A DNA stretch of 64,000 bases from a virus (Duplodnaviria; Caudoviricetes), in IMG/VR virus record IMGVR_UViG_3300038393_000743, positions 6,018 through 70,017 of that record; one strand, given 5' to 3'. Numbering within the stretch: the stretch's first letter is position 1; the number at the start of each line of letters is the position of its first letter. The notes beneath the pieces are model-generated. The model had not been told where the DNA came from and made no database searches. It worked only from the letters and a program-made list of their open reading frames with translations. Positions 61,261 through 64,000 of the stretch are shown here, piece by piece. A program made the position numbers and the translations under genes.

Positions 61261-61842
61261 GTGGGCACTATTGTCACAGACCAGCGCGGAATTACCGGCA
61301 CCCAGTTGGCCGAACGTCTTTTTGTGAAGCCAGAGACTGGGGAGATTTTTTATGTTCGTGACGCGCAAAAGCGCGGACGGCGCCTAATCCCTGCAGGTTA
61401 CATCAAGCCCGGCCTCCCCTCCGAGGGGGGTGGCTATCGTATGGTATCGTTCGCCATCGGGTATCGCAGGTACAGGAAGCTGCGCGCCTCTCACATTGTG
61501 TGGGCTTGGGTCCATGGTGAGTGGCCTGACGGCGAGATCGATCACAAGAGCACGAACCGCGCTGACGATTCGATCGACAACTTGCGTCCGGCGTCGACCG
61601 AGCAGAATCGAACAAATCGCAGTATGTCAAAAACACGTTCGTCAGGCTTCAAGTGGGTGACGCGCGGTTCTGGAAACAATTGGGTTGCTCAGATTGAGGC
61701 GCCGAAGTCGATGCAGATCGATGGCAAAAGAAGGGTGCTGTTTAGAAAGCAGTTTCCTACGCCTGAAGAGGCGCATGCGGCTGCATGCGAATTTGCCAAG
61801 GGCTTGCACGGCGAGTGGTTTAACCCCGGCACCGTGAATTGA
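61261..61842 (+). CDS. HNH homing endonuclease with an AP2-like C-terminal domain
   Basis: HIVWAWVHGEWPDGEIDH...NLRPASTEQNRTN...SGFKWV...WVAQI...FPTPEEAHAA; low GC. Confidence 0.88.
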   Translation: MGTIVTDQRGITGTQLAERLFVKPETGEIFYVRDAQKRGRRLIPAGYIKPGLPSEGGGYRMVSFAIGYRRYRKLRASHIVWAWVHGEWPDGEIDHKSTNRADDSIDNLRPASTEQNRTNRSMSKTRSSGFKWVTRGSGNNWVAQIEAPKSMQIDGKRRVLFRKQFPTPEEAHAAACEFAKGLHGEWFNPGTVN

Positions 61843-61854
61843 TGGGAGGCTGTC

Positions 61855-64000
61855 ATCGGCAAGGGTTCCAACACCACCTCCAGCTCCTCGACGTCGTCCG
61901 CTGATCCGCAGGCCGCGCAACTCTATCGCGACATTCTGCAGCGCGCGCAGGGCGTGGCCGCGACGCCATATCAGGCCTACAGCGGCGAGCTGACCGCGCC
62001 GATCAACGCGCAGCAGCAGACCGGCATCGCCGGCATCAACGCCAATGCCAATTTCGCCGCGCCCTACATCCAGCAGGCGGCCGGGCAGGCGACGTCGTCG
62101 AGCGCGCCGATCACGGCCTCGACCATCCAGCAGTACCAGAGCCCGTACACGCAGCAGGTCATCGATGCGACGATGGCGCAGATGTCGCACGACAATCAGG
62201 TCGCCGACGCCAGCCTGCGTGGCAACCAGATCGCGCAGGGCGCGCTCGGCGGCAACGCCACCGGCGTGGCGCGCGGCATCCTGGCCGGGCAGCAGGCGCG
62301 CACCGCGGCCTCGACCACGGCCGACCTCTACAACCGCAGCTACTCCCAGGCGCTCGGCGCCGCGCAGCAGCAGCAGCAGACCGGCCTCGCCGGCGCCAAC
62401 GCGCTCGCGAACTACGGCATCTCGGGCCAGAACGCCGCGCTGACCGGCGCCAACGCCCAGATCGGCGCCGGCACGCTGGAGCAGCAGAACGAGCAGCAGC
62501 GGCTCAATGCGTTCTATCAGCAGTACCAGCAGCAGCAGGCCTACCCCTATCAGCAGACGCAGTGGCTGGCCGGCATCGGCACCGGCGTCGGCTCGAACCT
62601 CGGCGGCACGTCGAGCGGCACCACCACTGGACCGGCGCCGAACTCGACCGGGCAGTGGCTCGGTGCCGGACTGTCGGCGGCGAGCCTGTTCTTGTCGGAC
62701 CGGCGCGCCAAGGAAGACATCGAGCACATCGGCAAGACCAACGATGGCCAGAACATCTATCGCTACCGCTACAAGGGGCAGCCCGGCTACCACATCGGCC
62801 TGATCGCGCAGGAGGTGAAGCAAGATCACCCCGAGGCGGTCGGCCGCGGCGTCGGTGGTCTGCACTATGTCGACATGAAGGGCGCGACCGATGATGCGGT
62901 CGCGCGCGCCTCCGGCGGCGGCGTCGGCGGCGTGCCTTACGAGGGCGTGCAGGGCTGGATTCCGACCATGCAGATCCATGGCGGCTCCGGCGCGCCGCAC
63001 GCCTCGGCGCCGAGCCTGCCGAGCAATCAGGGCTCCGGCTACGACCCGAGCAAGATCGCCTCCGGCATCGTCGGGGTCGGCAAGGGGCTGCAGGGCATGG
63101 ATTGGGGCGGGGCCTACAATGCCGGGTTCGGCAACCTGAGCGGCGATTCGTGGGGTGGCGGCAGCTTCTGGAAGGGCGACGCCTATGGCGGCTCGGCCGC
63201 CGAGCCGCTGTCGGGCCTATCCGCGGAAGACTACGGCTATGCCGCGGGCGGCGGCGTCAGCGCGTTCGACATGCGGCGGCACTATGCCGACGGCGGCGCC
63301 CCGCTGGGCTACGCGCCGGATGACGGTGTCGGCGGCGCCGGTCTCAACGACTGGCTCGGCAACCTGCCGGTGCCTAAGCCCGACCCCGGGCCCACGTTCC
63401 AGGACCGCTGGAGCGAGCGCATCGCGCCGCGCCGCGCCGCCACCGGCGCCCCGGGCGTGGACCCTGGCGCCGGCCTGTCGTTCCGCGACCGCGCCGCGCC
63501 GACCATGGCGGCGATCGAACAGGGCGACTTCGATCCGCAGGGCATCAATTCCACCACCTTCGCCGGCACCCCGGGGATGGAGGCGGCCAACGCCGGTGTC
63601 GTGCCGACGCCGCGACCGCGTCCAGACGACGCTGGGAGCCCCGTTGGGGCGCCTGACGATGACGAGGAGGAAACGGCGCGGTCCGGCGTCGCGGCCGCTG
63701 GGGCGCCCTCTGGGGCCCCGGTAATGGCGTTTGCGCCGGAAGGCCAGCCCGGCGCCTATCGCGGGCTGCCGGATGCGATCCGCCGGCCGAGCGGCGAGGA
63801 GCCCGGCTTCGGCCTCGGGCTGCTGTCGCGGAACGCCCAGACCGGCCTTTTGGCGGCTGGCCTTGGCATGCTGTCGTCGCGCTCGCCGTTCCTCGGCAAC
63901 GTCGTCGGCGAGGGCGGCCAGCAGGGTCTGGCGGCCTATGGCGCCGCCAACGAGGCCGACCGCAAGGCCGCGCTCGAAGCCGAGAAGCTGTCGCGCGAGG
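61855..64000 (+). CDS. DNA ejection / pilot protein with internal S74-like autocleavage domain and AxGG motifs; partial, apparent ATC start
   Basis: Manual translation open from 61855 to the window end: GKGSNTTSSSS...PYQAYSG...YQSPYTQQVID...QAYPYQQ...FLSDRRAKEDI...IGLIAQEV; GGAGG 5 nt before ATC. Confidence 0.85.
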   Translation, partial: MGKGSNTTSSSSTSSADPQAAQLYRDILQRAQGVAATPYQAYSGELTAPINAQQQTGIAGINANANFAAPYIQQAAGQATSSSAPITASTIQQYQSPYTQQVIDATMAQMSHDNQVADASLRGNQIAQGALGGNATGVARGILAGQQARTAASTTADLYNRSYSQALGAAQQQQQTGLAGANALANYGISGQNAALTGANAQIGAGTLEQQNEQQRLNAFYQQYQQQQAYPYQQTQWLAGIGTGVGSNLGGTSSGTTTGPAPNSTGQWLGAGLSAASLFLSDRRAKEDIEHIGKTNDGQNIYRYRYKGQPGYHIGLIAQEVKQDHPEAVGRGVGGLHYVDMKGATDDAVARASGGGVGGVPYEGVQGWIPTMQIHGGSGAPHASAPSLPSNQGSGYDPSKIASGIVGVGKGLQGMDWGGAYNAGFGNLSGDSWGGGSFWKGDAYGGSAAEPLSGLSAEDYGYAAGGGVSAFDMRRHYADGGAPLGYAPDDGVGGAGLNDWLGNLPVPKPDPGPTFQDRWSERIAPRRAATGAPGVDPGAGLSFRDRAAPTMAAIEQGDFDPQGINSTTFAGTPGMEAANAGVVPTPRPRPDDAGSPVGAPDDDEEETARSGVAAAGAPSGAPVMAFAPEGQPGAYRGLPDAIRRPSGEEPGFGLGLLSRNAQTGLLAAGLGMLSSRSPFLGNVVGEGGQQGLAAYGAANEADRKAALEAEKLSRE

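Larger units (their letters stand above)
1..64000. mobile_element. Tailed phage / prophage genome segment (podovirus-like morphogenesis module), incomplete at both ends
   Basis: Contiguous recombination, replication, terminase, portal, capsid, tail and ejection genes, with many 1-4 bp stop/start overlaps; no host housekeeping genes recognised. Confidence 0.97.

Noticed and set aside
61182-61860. Group I intron hypothesis for the HNH insertion (splicing could supply the missing ATG)
   Set aside because: Only about 70 nt upstream and 15 nt downstream of the ORF are non-coding, no P7 core was recognised, and the upstream ATG at 61189 lacks an SD; a free-standing endonuclease is simpler
7201-63000. 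Long opposite-strand or alternate-frame ORFs in the track (e.g. 7201-8319, 26218-28071, 33119-35110, 47983-50136, 50901-52901, 56770-59175, 61642-63000)
   Set aside because: Shadow ORFs of GC-rich, codon-biased genes on the other strand; no motifs or RBS, and they conflict with clear phage genes
1-64000. CRISPR array, tRNA, reverse transcriptase/DGR, integrase, endolysin
   Set aside because: No regularly spaced repeats with unique spacers, no cloverleaf with a T-loop, no YxDD RT, and no recombinase or lysozyme motifs recognised; they may lie outside the window

Overview
The whole window is a GC-rich, densely coding segment of a tailed phage (or prophage) with a short-tailed, P22/podovirus-like virion module. 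An alphaproteobacterial (rhizobial-type) host is inferred from GapR-like and CtrA-like domains and gene content. Layout: (1) a leftward early operon, 7123 to 282, with ERF annealase, YqaJ exonuclease and DEDDh exonuclease; (2) a divergent switch with a small leaderless HTH gene and no large cI; (3) rightward GapR-like, RusA, MTase, PD-(D/E)XK nuclease, DnaB and initiator genes; (4) about 30 small genes in four modules, each opened by a copy of one promoter/operator/hairpin cassette; (5) a late region with ParB-like, TerS, TerL, portal, GroES-like, scaffold, glycosyltransferase, major capsid, SGNH and GH16 enzymes, tailspike, nozzle, a 1721-aa polyvalent protein, a GNAT and an ejection protein that runs off the window. 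I recognised no integrase, endolysin, tRNA, CRISPR array or reverse transcriptase. Most notable: a recurring helix+RAxGG motif that punctuates virion-internal proteins like a targeting or cleavage code; a regulon built on a 17-bp GTAAAC-N5-GTTGAC operator; a Tat-signal micro-protein carrying a major-capsid fragment; a GapR-RMF-like fusion; and a tailspike with a Sec-type signal peptide. All family calls are from motif recognition by eye; no database searches were run.
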